Origin: Macrostomum lignano
Lineage: Eukaryota
DNA length: 64,000 bases
Direction of reading: 5' to 3'
Assembly: GCA_002269645.1 (NCBI GenBank)
Contig: NIVC01001019.1
Span: 1-64,000, forward strand
Shown: positions 12,270 through 24,833 of the stretch, in pieces
How the letters are laid out: each line of letters begins with the position of its first letter
How positions within the stretch are numbered: the first letter of the stretch is position 1
Notes under the pieces: generated by a model
The model's database searches: none
Told to the model about the DNA's origin: nothing
What the model saw: only the letters and a program-made list of their open reading frames with translations
Program-made: the position numbers and the translations under genes

Positions 12270-15200
12270 TTCATATCTATACACTTAATACCAAGCATTG
12301 ATCACAGATTTTCAAACTGATGCCTGGGAATTGGCTTTGTCAGAATGTCTGCCAGCATTTCCTTTGTTGGACAGTATTCCAGTTTCATAGTACTAGCTTG
12401 AATAGCATCTCAAATAAAATGATAGCAGATGTCAATATGCTTTGTCCGCTTGTGTCGAATCGGATTTTTTTACATTGCAATGGCTCCTTGATTGTCTTCC
12501 TTAATTACAGTTGACCCAGTGACATTGGCACCCAAATCGCTTACAAGTTGACAAAGCCATATTGCCTCCTGTGTCGCAGATGCAAGGGCCATGTACTCAG
12601 CTTCTGTCATTGACAATGCCACCGTGGTTTGCTTTTGACTTAACCATGTTACTGCTCCACCGGCCATAATGAAGACACTTCCAGTGACTGAGTGTCTGCT
12701 ATCCAAGTCTGACACCCAATCAGCATCTGAGTAGCCAATGATCTCATTACTTCCAGACTTCTCATATTTCAGAACGACATCCAATGAGCCTTTCAGGTAT
12801 CGAAGAATTCTCTTGGCAGCGGTGAGATGAGCCTCAGTTGGTTTGGAATTGAATTTCGATACTGCTCCCACTGCTTGAGCAATGCCTGGCCGTGTAGCGA
12901 TTGCTGTGTACAATATGCTGCCTACAATTGATTGATAGGCCTTTGGATCCACGAATTTGCTGTAGCCATCATTTTCAACGAGCTTGACACTTGAATCCAT
13001 TGGAGTTGCGGCTAGGTTTGCTTCCAACATTTTAAACTTCTTCAGTAGTTGCATAATGTATTGCTTCTGATGAAGTTGAAGAAATCGTCTCTCTGAGTCA
13101 ATCAGACAATCACTATTGTCACTCCTAAATAGTAATGAAGCTCTCCCATATCTTTCATCTTGAATCGTCAAGTAAATTCCTCCTTGATACTCTGCATTTC
13201 ATCCATAGTATCAGTAGCTATCACCAAGTTGTCAACATAAACTGCAATGATTGACATGTTTCCAAGTTTGTGAGTGAACACACATGGGTCTGCTCCACTT
13301 TCCTTGAATCCAATCGAGATTAGGTAATCACAGAGGGCCTTGTTCCAACACCGGGGTGATTGCTTTAGACCATATAGCAATCTTTTCAGCTTGCAGACTA
13401 AATTCTCTTCGTCGCATTTAACATATCCAGGTGGTTGATCCATGAAGATTTCTTCTGTTAAATGTCCATTTAGAAATGCAGTGACCAGATCCATTTGATG
13501 AATGTGCATTTCTCATTGAGTTGTGAATGCCAGTATAGTACGGATTGATGATAATCTTACCACAGGAGAAAACGTCTCGTCATAATCCACTCCAGGTTGT
13601 TAAGAATACCCTTTGGCAACCAGGTGTCCTTTGAATCGTTCAATGTTTCTGCAGCTGTCATGCTTCACTTTGAATACCCACTTGCAGCCAACAGTCTTTT
13701 GTCCTTCTGGAAGAGAAACTAATTCCCACGTATCATTTTCTATCAGAGAGTTGTATTCCAAGTCTGTTGCTTCTTTCTATTCCTTTGCATTGTCACAACT
13801 CCAAGCCTTGTCAATTGATCTGGGTTCCAAAATCTCCATGGCTGGAAAAGCACGATGTTGTGGCTCTGTTGTACTTAGGCTAGCTACTTCGAAGTTCTCA
13901 TTGTATTGAAAACGCTCTGGGGTTTTCCTTTGTTGCATGGTCGTTGGCAGAATTTGTTGGATTTCAGTTTCAATTTCTTCATTCGGAGTTGTTTGGCTGT
14001 TGTGCTTGTTGAGGTTCACTTCCATATGTGAATTTATCTTTTCATTGTTCTGCTGGAAATCATTCAACTTTCCGAAGTCTCATTGAAGATGACATCGTAA
14101 CGAACAACTGTTTTCCTAGTTCTTTTGTCAAACAATCTGTAGCCCTTTTGATTGTCACTGTAGCCAACAAACCTAAGCTTGGTAGTCTTCTTATCAAGTT
14201 TTTGTCTCTCTACTGTAGGAATGTGAGCATAAGCTACATAGCCAAATGTTCGAAGGTGTGAGATGTTTGGCTTTTGTCCACACCATCTTTTGTAGGGTGT
14301 CATCATTGGTGCTACTGAGTTTGTCGGGACTCCGTTGTGGATATACATGGCTGTGTTGATGGCTTCTGCCTAATAAACATTGCTAAGACCAGCATGAGTT
14401 ATCATTGTTCTAGCAGATTCAATGAGAGTATGGTTCATTCTTTCAGCAACACCGTTCTGTTCTGGTGTGTGGGCAACTGAAATTTCATGTCGAATTCTTT
14501 TTGCAAGTAAAAATGCAGAAAATTCCTTGGACATGTACTCTCCTTCACCATCAGTTTTTTCAGGCTCATTAGTCACCTGCACTTTGAATTCCTTAAACTT
14601 CTAGAAGACTTCAGACTTAGTCTTCAGAAAATAGACCTTCATAATGCGAGAGAAGTCATCGGTGAAAGTCGCAAAAAATCAATTCCCACCAAACAACTGC
14701 GTCTTTATTGGTCCACAAATGTCACTGTGCACAAGTTGCAGTACTTCTGATGAGCGAATTTCTCCCACTGATTTGTGATTCTTTCGATGTGCCTTTCCTT
14801 CAACGCACGCTTCACAGAAATTCATATCACTCACAATGGAAGTGTCAGTACCCTCAACGTACTTTTTCTTGAATAGTTGTTCGAGTTGATTTCTGTGAAG
14901 ATGTCCTAGACGTTGATGCCATAAATTGGCAGCTTCGAGCTCTGACTTTGTAGTCGTTACTGCAGCTGTAGCTAAGTTGCAATCTACATCACACTCAAGT
15001 TGGTACAATTGATCAACTAGTGTTCCAAAGCCTACTAGCTTCCCTATTTGGTTTCAAATCCAGCACCTAGTGTGACCAAACTGAATGACATTGTTCACAG
15101 ATTGCAGGCTAGTCTAGGTACAAAAAGTACAGATCCAAATACTGTATTAGAATGCTCACCACCAGGGAGTCTCGTGACAATGTCCACTTGTCCAGTTCCG

Positions 15201-16587
15201 TAAGCTTGAACTGTTTGCCCGTCACTGAGCCCTACATTTTCCGGTTCATCGAATTCAATGTAGTCTTTTATAGCATTCCTTTGACAGGTCATATGTCTTG
15301 TTGCACCAGAGTCATACATGCGCAACCTCCAAAATTTGGTCGGCCATATGACTTAGTTTTAACAAAAATGCGACATAGTTTTTGGCCAAAAATGCAATTT
15401 GCATGTACTTACTTGACTTAGCTGCAGGGGGCTCCGTGCGTCCGGAAACAGCGAGGAGGCGTTGCCGCCCATTTTGCTAACCCCTGGCGAACTGTCGACT
15501 TGCATGTAAAAAAACCCTAAAGCAAAATCAACGCAACTTTGGGTAAACAGCAGGAGTAACTATGACTGTCTTATTAAGTAAAAATGCCTCATCATCTACT
15601 TAGTACTACTACTTTGGTATTTTTTTGGGTGGGCATTTTTGCAACTTCCTTGATTGGCCGCCAAATTGGTCGGCCGGATCGGCCGACTGTTGCGCATGTA
15701 TGACCAGAGTCAATTATCCACCATGCAGTTGTGTCCTGAGGACCAGTTTCTTCAGAGGTAAGAAATGTAGCGGCACTATTGGCTATCTCATTGTCCAGGT
15801 TTGGATTCGAATGACTCGTACTTTCTGCAGTTTTGGCTTTATGCAGAGTTGATTTTGAGTTTTGCTGCCTGTTGCTAACATTGAACCTGCACTCTCTACT
15901 GAAGTGTCCTTCCTTGCCACATGTGTAGCACTTAATTGGTCTGCGTCCCTTAAATTTGTCAACACGAAGAGCAGATTCCAAATCACGGGATTTGTATTTC
16001 ATAGTTTCACTTCGTTTCATTTCTTCATTAAGCAGTGCTTGTTGAACCGTCAGCAAAGTTAGCTCCTCTTCCTTTCGGGTCTCCAGAGACGTAACCAGAT
16101 GACTGTAGCTGTCAAATAGACTGCTAAGAAGAATCACAACCTGGTCTTTGTCAGACACAGCAGCATTAATGGATGCCAGCTTGTCAGTTAACTCCTTCAG
16201 ACAGCGAATGTGCTCCTGAACTGGAGTCCCATCAGTCATCTGCAATCTAAATAGTTTTTTCTTCAAAAACAACTTGTTGGCAGTCAAGTCACGTTCAAAA
16301 TGACCACATAAAATTTGCTACATCTGCCTCGGATCATCATTGCATATAGTCACAAGGTAGATGTACTCACTGCTGAGAGACAGAACTATCATTGCTGCTG
16401 CTCACTGTTGCTGTTCCTTGAATTCATTGCGTCATGCTTCATTTGCAGCTTGCTGAAGAACATCTTCTCCCGTAGCTATGCCCTAGAGTCTTCTTGCAAT
16501 TAAGCAATGTTTCATTTGGATTTTCCATGTCATCCAATTGTCCTTCGTGAGCTTCTATATGTGCCATTTTTCTTCGCTTGCAGCCAT
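12270..16587 (-). pseudogene. Copia gag-pol pseudogene
   Basis: Gag start MAASEEKWHI*KLTKDNWMTWK; zinc knuckle CYTCGKEGHFSREC; protease WIIDSG|ATRHM; GAG-pre-integrase WHQRLGH..CEAC; integrase HTPEQNGVAER; RT HQMD and YVDNL; RNase H YSDADW; multiple stops and frameshifts. Confidence 0.95.
15313..15702. mobile_element. hAT-type MITE (390 bp) inserted in the copia protease
   Basis: Perfect 14-bp TIR CATACATGCGCAAC; perfect 8-bp TSD ACCAGAGT at 15305-12 and 15703-10. Confidence 0.93.
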
Positions 16588-16702
16588 AGCAACATAACTG
16601 ATTAACTGAGTTATCAAGTTTCCAGATGGCACGAAGAACCAGATTACCAGAATGATCTAGTACATCGAAGTACTCGCAGTGGCCTCGGCTGGGCCCATAA
16701 CC

Positions 16703-17000
16703 TGTTGAAATTTGCTTTTTTTATTTAAGTATATTTTATCAGTTTTAACAAAAAATACAGAAGATGAAAAATTGAGCAGTTTGGGGGGGGCACTTAAAGT
16801 ATTAGCATATTTACGATATGAACTAACAACCATAGAAACATTGGTACGATACTGTATTGGATATTTATTGAACTTTCTAGAAAGGGATATGCACAGCTAT
16901 TTGCATTAACAGTATTAATCAATATTATGTATCTGACAATTACTATATAAAGTACTAAAAGTAAAGTACTAAAAGTACGAGCTATATACTATAAACAACA
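16703..17000 (-). repeat. Copia 5' LTR (298 bp)
   Basis: Direct repeat of 11858-12140; followed on the minus strand by the PBS. Confidence 0.95.
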
Positions 17001-18849
17001 ATCCACATATGCTAAAAGTATTAAGATTTATTAGGATGATTTTTTTTCCATTTATTGAGCTATCCTAAAGATCTTGTCCCAAATTCCCAAGGCCTGACCC
17101 GGGCCCAAGTCCTCATTCCCGGGTCCAACCTGGGCCTGACTTTGGCCATCCCGGTTGCCCCCTATGTATACATGTACATTAGGGATAGCCATAACTCAAT
17201 GATTGAAAAATAGAAATATATTTTTATTTTACTATAAACCATGTCATTTTTATCAGAAAGCATTTTATTGCATGTCCAATATTTAATTTATTAAAAATTC
17301 TCTATTTAAAACATAGCATTAATAAATAATACAATAAAAGAGCATAGTAAAAACAGTAAAAACAACTAGATTTTAGTTATCTCAGATCAGGTTTACCTTA
17401 CCATATATTATTGATTAATTTGATTACTTGACTAGGCCTATATGTCATTGACTATTACTATATACTAGAAATTAAAACACAAAGCCTAGGCTAGGTCTAT
17501 TAAAAAGATGCATAACAATGAAAGCAAATGGTTTAGGCCTATATTTAATTTTTTACAAGCTATTAAAAATCATGGATTTTAAACTCACTGAATTCTAACT
17601 TTAATCCCTAAAATTATTTTACATGCATTTTGAAATTTGAAGTCCTACTCAAAAAACATTGGTATTAATGTACGTTGGTATTAATAATAATAGACCTAAA
17701 TCTTTTGACGAAAATTTTAAAATATAGTAAGGCCTACGAAACAAAAATCTTAACAAAATAACTACAAGCTAACATTATCCTCTGACTGATACCCTCTAAG
17801 GCTAAGTCAATATGAATAACTTATCTATTTTAATTATAAATTACTATGTCTGTCTTATCACAAATATGGTGTCAAACAATCAAACAAAAACGATATTTAA
17901 GATATCATATCACATATGGATAACATAATGATGAATTTCAGATATTGATTGGAATTGAATTAAGACCCATTTCTATTTCGTATACCTAAAGCTAAATCAT
18001 AAATGGAAGAGAAGGCTAGAAATTATATTATTAGACAACTAGGCCTACACCGTAATTTATCTTGCATAATATAGTCTTTCTGCAAATATACATGTATGCT
18101 ACAAAAATATTAGCTACATGTACTTTTATAATTGTATAGCCATCCATCCTCATCCTCGGTTGAAAACAATCTTGCTTGTCTTGCTTGCTGATCTTGTAAA
18201 CTTTCACGCTTATGTAAAAAATTTAGCATCATCATGTGTTGTTATTTGAATTTTTTCTTTTAAAACAAAACACATTCGTACTTTACACTAAAATCGTTGC
18301 TGAAAGCTTTTACTCCAGAAAGCACTACAAAAATACCCTGTTGCAGAAAGAATTTGAAAAAAATCATCAGTGATTCACTCGAAATTAGCAAATAATTATT
18401 TGTCTTGAATCCTCCACATGCGTCTGCATGGGGTATTGAATAAAAAGTAACGCCTCAGTCACTCATCAGATTGGTTTAAACTGCCGCGCGTCGGTGAATA
18501 CGCTTACGCGATTGGGCTCTTGCTTACTATATAATTATAGTAATAATAATAATAGTAGTAATAATAATAATGATAATAATAATAATAATAATAATAATGA
18601 TGATGGCTAAATAAAAAAATCTTAAAAATGGCTTACGTAGAGACTTGTACATGTAAGGGCTTCCTGAGGGACTATGCTAGTCTATGCTAAAATTAAGCAA
18701 GGACCTTTTTGTAAAGAACATCATTTTGCCTTAAAAGGCGCTAAAACCCACACTGGCTTTCCTAATCCCAGGTGGAACACACATACAGTACATGCATGTA
18801 CACGATTTAGGACAGAAAATTAGATAGAACACAGCCTAACAATGGGTCT

Positions 18850-19140
18850 ACGAAAATTGACTGCCAGCATTTGATTGCTGCAGTGACGTTTAACTGCCAG
18901 TGACGTTTAGCTACCAGTGACTTTTGACTGTCAGAGTGACGTTTGACGTACTGCTGCCAGTGAAGTTTGTGCCAAAAATTAACTGCCACAAATTAACTGC
19001 AAACCCTTAACCATACCCTAACCCTAAGACCTAACCTAATCCCAAACCCCAATCTAAGCCTTAACCTAAACCTTAACCACTAGCCCTAACCTTAAATCGT
19101 CGGCATTGAATCTTTCAGCATTTAAACTCACATCCTGTTG
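18850..19140. repeat. Degenerate (TAACCC)-like tract with GACTGCCAGTGAC-type repeats; probable non-autonomous transposon relic
   Basis: CCCTAACCCTAA-like units at about 19000-19095, preceded by short repeated ACTGCCAG/GTGACGTTT motifs. Confidence 0.5.
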
Positions 19141-19323
19141 AGTCTTTCTCGTGATTCAGTTAAGTTATACCAACTAACAATAAGTTCGCAGATATAATTT
19201 GAAATTAAATTAAACTCCAAGCGCAGCAGAAATCTGCGAGCTTGGAACTTTGCGCTCCGTTTATTTTTTCAAAATTAAATTTGTAGCTCAAATTTAAGAG
19301 ACGTGCAACTGTCGTTTAAACTT

Positions 19324-20307
19324 TTAGGCCTGTGCACCGGCAGCTCCGGCCTCTTTCTGATCGGCTTTCGTTTCATTCTTGGAATCCTTGGAATCAAATT
19401 TAGCGCTGATGTCGGTATCGCGCTGCTCCCGGCCGCCAGGCCTGATTGGGGCCAGCCAGCAATTGCTGGACTCGTGGTGCGCCATCCTCTGCAGCTTGCA
19501 CTCGCTCCTAGTGCACCAAGCCTGGGGCGGCTCGCACGAGCAGAGCTCGAAATGCCGGCCGGCCACCTGAATGCCCTGGTTCATCGGAATTTTGCAGTTC
19601 TGGCAAGCGAAGCAGGATCTGTGATAGATACGGCCGATTGCGGCCACAACGTATCTGACTGTACCGGTGGCCGCCTTGCTGCAGACCGGGCAGACCATTT
19701 TTTCCAGGCTGCCCTTCGTAGCGTCGTACGGCACCGCCGTCACCAGCGGATTTCGCTTGTCCGGCAGCCGGGCCATCTGTCGTTCGTAATACGCGCGCCT
19801 CAGCTGCCGACGCCCGTCGGCTTTTTCGCGAAACAAGGATCGATCCTTGCGTCGGTATTCCTGTAGCACATCGGTCGTTGAGGCAGTCGCCGAAGCTGCT
19901 GGAGCCGCAGCAGCCGCCGGTGCCGCATTGTTTGCAGAATGGTTGGCGTTTGCCGGATCAATCAGTCCATTTGGATCGTCAAATTTGATCCGGAAGGTGG
20001 GCTGTCGCGGGTAGCCGAAGTTCACCAGGCAGTCATGACAGAGCACAAGGCCGTCGATGCACACCAGCCGCTGGGGAGCGCAGGCGTTTGACTTCCGGCA
20101 GGAATTGCAATTGGCACAGAAGTAGCACAGCTTGGTGCCATTCGCGATCATCACGTGCCAGTCCGTATTCTGGTTAATCAACTCGCCACATGCGCATGAA
20201 ACACTCACGTTGTTCTTCATGTCCGGATTGTTATTGACGATGCGAACAGAATTCTGCAGGCTGTACTCCCGCATGCCCCAGGTGTCCTCTATGCTCTGCT
20301 TGTTCAT
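19324..20307 (-). CDS. LIM-domain protein, 327 aa (one clear C-terminal LIM, one divergent N-terminal LIM-like domain)
   Basis: CPVC-x19-HRSCFACQNC...LCSC matches the LIM pattern; N-terminal CAC..CYFCANCNSC..LCHDC; GC-rich coding composition. The frame stays open 28 codons further upstream to a TAG acceptor at 20392-94. Confidence 0.8.
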   Translation of the reverse strand: MNKQSIEDTWGMREYSLQNSVRIVNNNPDMKNNVSVSCACGELINQNTDWHVMIANGTKLCYFCANCNSCRKSNACAPQRLVCIDGLVLCHDCLVNFGYPRQPTFRIKFDDPNGLIDPANANHSANNAAPAAAAAPAASATASTTDVLQEYRRKDRSLFREKADGRRQLRRAYYERQMARLPDKRNPLVTAVPYDATKGSLEKMVCPVCSKAATGTVRYVVAAIGRIYHRSCFACQNCKIPMNQGIQVAGRHFELCSCEPPQAWCTRSECKLQRMAHHESSNCWLAPIRPGGREQRDTDISAKFDSKDSKNETKADQKEAGAAGAQA

Positions 20308-21758
20308 TGTCGTGGTGCGCGTCGAGTTCAGTGCCCTATGCGCCTTTGTCAGCCGCTTTTCACAGTTGTTAGCCTGGGTTGGAACAAAGCACTAAGCCGC
20401 AAATATGCAGAGCCGCGCGATGCACCGCTTTCGATCGTCAATTCTATATGCATGTACCAATTTTGCATGTCTATGGCGAAATGCAACCGAAGTCAATTAT
20501 ACCCCATAGACCATTATACTTGGGCCGAAACTATTCGGCTTGTTTGTGAAACTAAGAAAGCAATTTAAATGTTGAGTGCTGCCGCGGTGTACAAACAAGA
20601 ATTTGTTATTTAGAGCCTCAAAGCAAAACATGAAGACGCGACGTTGGCGAAAGCGAAAGCATCAGCGAGACCTCAATCGTATTTTCTATTAAAAGGCTCC
20701 TAAAATGAGGATAAAAAAGAAGAAGAAAAGAACTGCGCAAAAACACTGCCTGCTCAGCAGCGCGGCTGGAATAAAATACCCCCCTGCCGCCGGACGGGTG
20801 GGCGCCCACCTAACCAGCACGAAAGAGAACGTACACACGCGGCGGGGGCGTACAGAAAGAGGGTGCCTGGGCACTAAAGCCGGTTTGCTCAAGGCAAGCC
20901 TAGCGCAAACCGCAGCCTTGTCATTGTGCTTTATAATTTGTAGTAGTGCAAATGAAATATACCAACGGTTTTTTGTTAGTGAACGATCCAACAGTTGCTG
21001 CATGGTTCCGGAAATGAAATCACTACTTTTGAGCTGCTACTCGTATATGCATTGTGCAGCAGCCGAATCGCTAAAAAAACTCAAACGGAGAGTTAGAGCG
21101 TGAGTCTGGTTAGAACAGAAAAAAATATCATATTATTGTTCAATCTGCAGTGGGCGGGCACAGGATCCCGGAACTATAAATACCTCCTAGAACTCGGCGA
21201 GCTTCCCACGCAATCTCTTCCTCCGATCCTGCCCCGTTCCCCCACTGCGGGAAATTCAGGAAATTAGCTGCACAGAAAGCAGGAAACGCCGACAAGATGC
21301 AGCAGTCAGATGGAGCACAGAAGAGAGAGATTGAAGCTCTTGGGAGTTGAGACGGGAAAATTAAAAAAGGCTGGCAGTGAGAAAAGTAAATAAGCGGGAC
21401 TGAATGATAGGCCATGGACTGCTGTGTGCATATAGCGAGTGCGGAGTCTGGAGCTCAGGAACAATATCTTCTATTTCATAGCATCTGTGTCGATTTTAAT
21501 TTTAGTAAGCTTTGATCTTTGTTGCCCCCAGTTCATCTTTGTGCCCCGGTCTTAAGAAACCCATGTTGTATCAGCAGCAGCGAGGTCAGGAAATACAGTC
21601 CTAAATTTAAAGTTTACACTTTTTATTAAGATTGGTATTGTAATATACAATGCATAATTCGAACGTAGAGCAGAATTAAAAAGTAACTAGCTGTTTTTAT
21701 CAACGTGCAACAAAGAATTTCGAATTTTTATTTGCGTTTAGGCATTGTAACCTAGTAA

Positions 21759-21931
21759 GGGGTTGTAGCCTAGCATGGTTAGAGCGTCGGACTCATGACT
21801 TAGAGGTTAGAGGTCGGGAGTTCGTTCTCAACCCAGTGGGAACAATTTGTGTCCTTGAGCAAGACACTTAACTCTGAATTGCTTAATTCATTTCACCCAG
21901 CTGTAAAATGGGTGCCAGCATTGGGTAATTG

Positions 21932-21934
<3 letters not shown>
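21759..21934 (+). mobile_element. tRNA-derived SINE
   Basis: A-box-like TAGCCTAGCATGG, B-box-like GGAGTTCGTTCTC, conserved SINE body GTGTCCTTGAGCAAGACACTTAAC...ACCCAGCTGTAAAATGGGTGCC, then a (TG)n tail. Confidence 0.8.

Positions 21935-22000
<66 letters not shown>
21935..22000. repeat. (TG)n microsatellite, resumed at 24288-24323
   Basis: Direct reading of the sequence. Confidence 0.97.
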
Positions 22001-22004
<4 letters not shown>

Positions 22005-22005
22005 G

Positions 22006-24281
22006 CACGGGGCATTTGTTGGGCCATACGCGTACAACGGGACCCGCACTGTTGGGCCAAAAAAAATGTTGGGACTGTCCCATCAAGTCTGTCCAACACT
22101 TCCAAAAAAGTTACAATAGCAGCTCAAAAAAATACTCTATGGATTCAGCTCGACAGCCTCTTTTTGATGGTGCAACTCATTTTTAATAATTTTACTTGCT
22201 GTGTCAATAAATAATCAAAAACTGGCGTCCCAATAAGGAAAAATGATACAAAATTCGACCAAATCACTATTGGGACACTGAAATGGCTAATCTGCTCCCG
22301 CATATTTTTATTGGTTTTTTCTCATATTTTTACTAATAGTAGATTTCAAGCGCATTCATTTGCTGCAGTCTTTGTTTCAAGACGTAAATACATAGCATAC
22401 ATTAAAATACATACAAAGCAAAGCATAGCAAAACACTTTTAAGGGTATTTTATTGTCAAAGGATGGTTCTGGATGGAGATAAACCTAAAGAAATGACAAG
22501 GGCTTAAATTTACTTCTGACTGTGATGGGCATCAGTACTCTACACGAACTAAATTGTTAGGACAGTGTTGCAGTGTTGAATACAACAGCCCACTCTTGTT
22601 AGGACTCATGCTATTGACTGCTGCGCGCATTCGATATTCTATAAATTGTTGGAACTGTGTGCTAGAGTGTCGTTTACAAAAGCCCACTCATATTAGGACT
22701 TACCCCGTACATGTTAGGACTAAGCCCTACCCCCCTGTGTACATGGCTCCAATTTACCAGAGTCCCCCTGCTAGTTAAGTGTACATTTATTTTGGTCTAT
22801 TATTGACGCCACCCCGCAAACGTACAATAAAACTAAATTGGCATGTACTCGCCATGCTGCCATGCTGCAGAGGCAGGTAAACTCTGCCTCTGCCATGGCA
22901 CCCGAGTCACCATGGTATGGAAAGAACAGCATGGAATGGCACAGCGATAAACATGTAAGTGGTATTAAAAAACTTTGTCGGAAACAAGAAGCATTTATAT
23001 TTAAATGCTATAAAAAAGACTGCTCCTGCTAAGCAGTACCTACCTTTACTTCAGGTATATCACCTTTGATCAACTGCCATGTGGCGCAATTGCCAAAGGA
23101 TCCGTCGACTTTAACCGGTAAGCTGTAAAAGCTTTGAGTAAAACTTGACATTTCGTCTGAATCCATTGACATTCAATAGCCTACGTGTCCAACCACAAAA
23201 ATTATAAGTTTTGTACTTTTAACTCTCAGATTGGGTCTTAGCAGATTCTATAGCTATGCATGCAAGGGCCCCTAAGAAGAGATGCAGTGCATTTTTCCTA
23301 GCAATTATTGGGACACGAAGTGTTGGGCCACTGTGTGTGTGTCTAGTTTTTTCCGCATTTGTTAAGTCACCTAAAGAACTCAATTAATAAAGGGCTCCAG
23401 AACAAATTGATGGGCAAACGGATGACACACTGCACAGAGACTTGTTGGGACATATTAAAAACAGCTTATTTTAGAATGGGTACACTTTACTAAAGTAGAA
23501 TGCTCCTACAGAAAGCTGCAAGCAAACTAGCATCTTCTGGAGCTGACATGCAGAGAAGAATGATTTTGTCGTCCTTGAAATCACTAAACAGATATGCGAA
23601 ATCGATCTTTTGCTAATCCCACCACAGGTTCCAGTGAAAAGAAGAAACGAAACCCATTGACTAAATTGGCAGTCGACTCAATCGATGCCGACTGCAACGG
23701 ACCTGTCAGCTTCGAACTCAGGAGAGCAGCTAATAGACTACGAGCGTAATGCTGGATGCCAGAGTGCTCTAAATAACGAGACTCCTGTTTTCTCACTCGA
23801 CCGGAATTTTTTGTTTAATCTGCTTAACTAATCTCTGCGTTTCAGTTTTTCAGTTTCACTGTCAATTTTAGGTTTTTTCTAAGCGCAAGTGTAATTGAAT
23901 TTTTTATTCATATTAGTCAGGCATATTGCGTACAGCATTATAGCGTATTAGTTAAGGTAAAGGTAAATAGACTGCTTGTAACTAGTTTTTCTTTCATGTG
24001 GATTGGCTTTAACGAAGCCTTTTGTATTTCAAGTAATGCTGAATTCGCTGGACTGAGGACAATATAGTTACACGATGATATGCTATTCCTTCACTTTCAA
24101 TAGATCATACTATTAGTATGGGACGTGCTTTTTTATTTCAATGTATGCTTTTTTTCATCATTTAAATGCTAAAAATACTTAATAGGTCATTGCACTGTGT
24201 GTATGTGTGTGTTTTCGTGTGTCAAAAAAAATTGCAAAATAAGTGCCCACCATTGTATACCGTACCAACAAGTGCCCGGTG
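22006..24281. mobile_element. Non-autonomous EnSpm/CACTA-like (CMC) DNA element, 2276 bp
   Basis: Termini CAC(G/C)GGGCA(T/C)TTGTTGG in inverted orientation; 2-bp TSD CG; several subterminal TGTTGGG(A/C)C repeats; no transposase ORF. Confidence 0.7.
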
Positions 24282-24284
24282 CGT

Positions 24285-24324
<40 letters not shown>

Positions 24325-24833
24325 CGACCAACAGCCGTACTCTGCCTTCAGATGCGCCGCGCAATAGCGGTGGCTGAGCTGTCGGTTGCACATCTGCCCA
24401 TTAGGGTAGTTTTCATCTATTATTATTGTTATTATTATTATTAATAGTCAAAGTGCCACAGCTGGAATGCTATAGTGCTTTAATATTTTTGTAGTTTTTC
24501 TTGAGCTCTTAGCATTATTATATATTAAAACACCAGTTAGTCCAAACTACATGTAGCAATCAGCCAAGCCCACGGCAAAAGCAACACCCCTTCTTCCATG
24601 TTGAATTGTACTTGCTAGAAAGTAAGAACTCGACTCGTTAGCCGATTGGCTGTTTGTGATGGGCACACTTTAAATTTGTCTGCTCCGGATCAGCTGTCTA
24701 TGGTCCGAAGCTTCGTCTCAAAAATAATGAAAAATCCTTCAAAAATGAATTGAAATTCTTGCCTAGTTGCAAGCTATTATTCCTCAGGCTAAAATCGCTA
24801 GAAGTTTGGCGTGAAAAACAGTTCCAAAACGAC

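Larger units (their letters stand above)
11858..17000 (-). mobile_element. Ty1/copia LTR retrotransposon, full-length but decayed
   Basis: LTRs 16703-17000 and 11858-12140 (TG..CA); perfect 5-bp TSD ATCCA; PBS GGTTATGGGCCCAG; PPT AGTGGGAG; gag-PR-INT-RT-RH order. Confidence 0.97.
11620..17164. mobile_element. About 400-bp non-autonomous DNA element split by the copia insertion
   Basis: 12-bp TIR TAGGGGGCAACC (11620) ... GGTTGCCCCCTA (17164) with GC-rich subterminal CCCG/GGCCC motifs; no clean 8-bp TSD seen. Confidence 0.65.

Noticed and set aside
20780-21247. Candidate small upstream exons for the LIM gene
   Set aside because: Splice phases did not join to the phase-0 acceptor at 20392.
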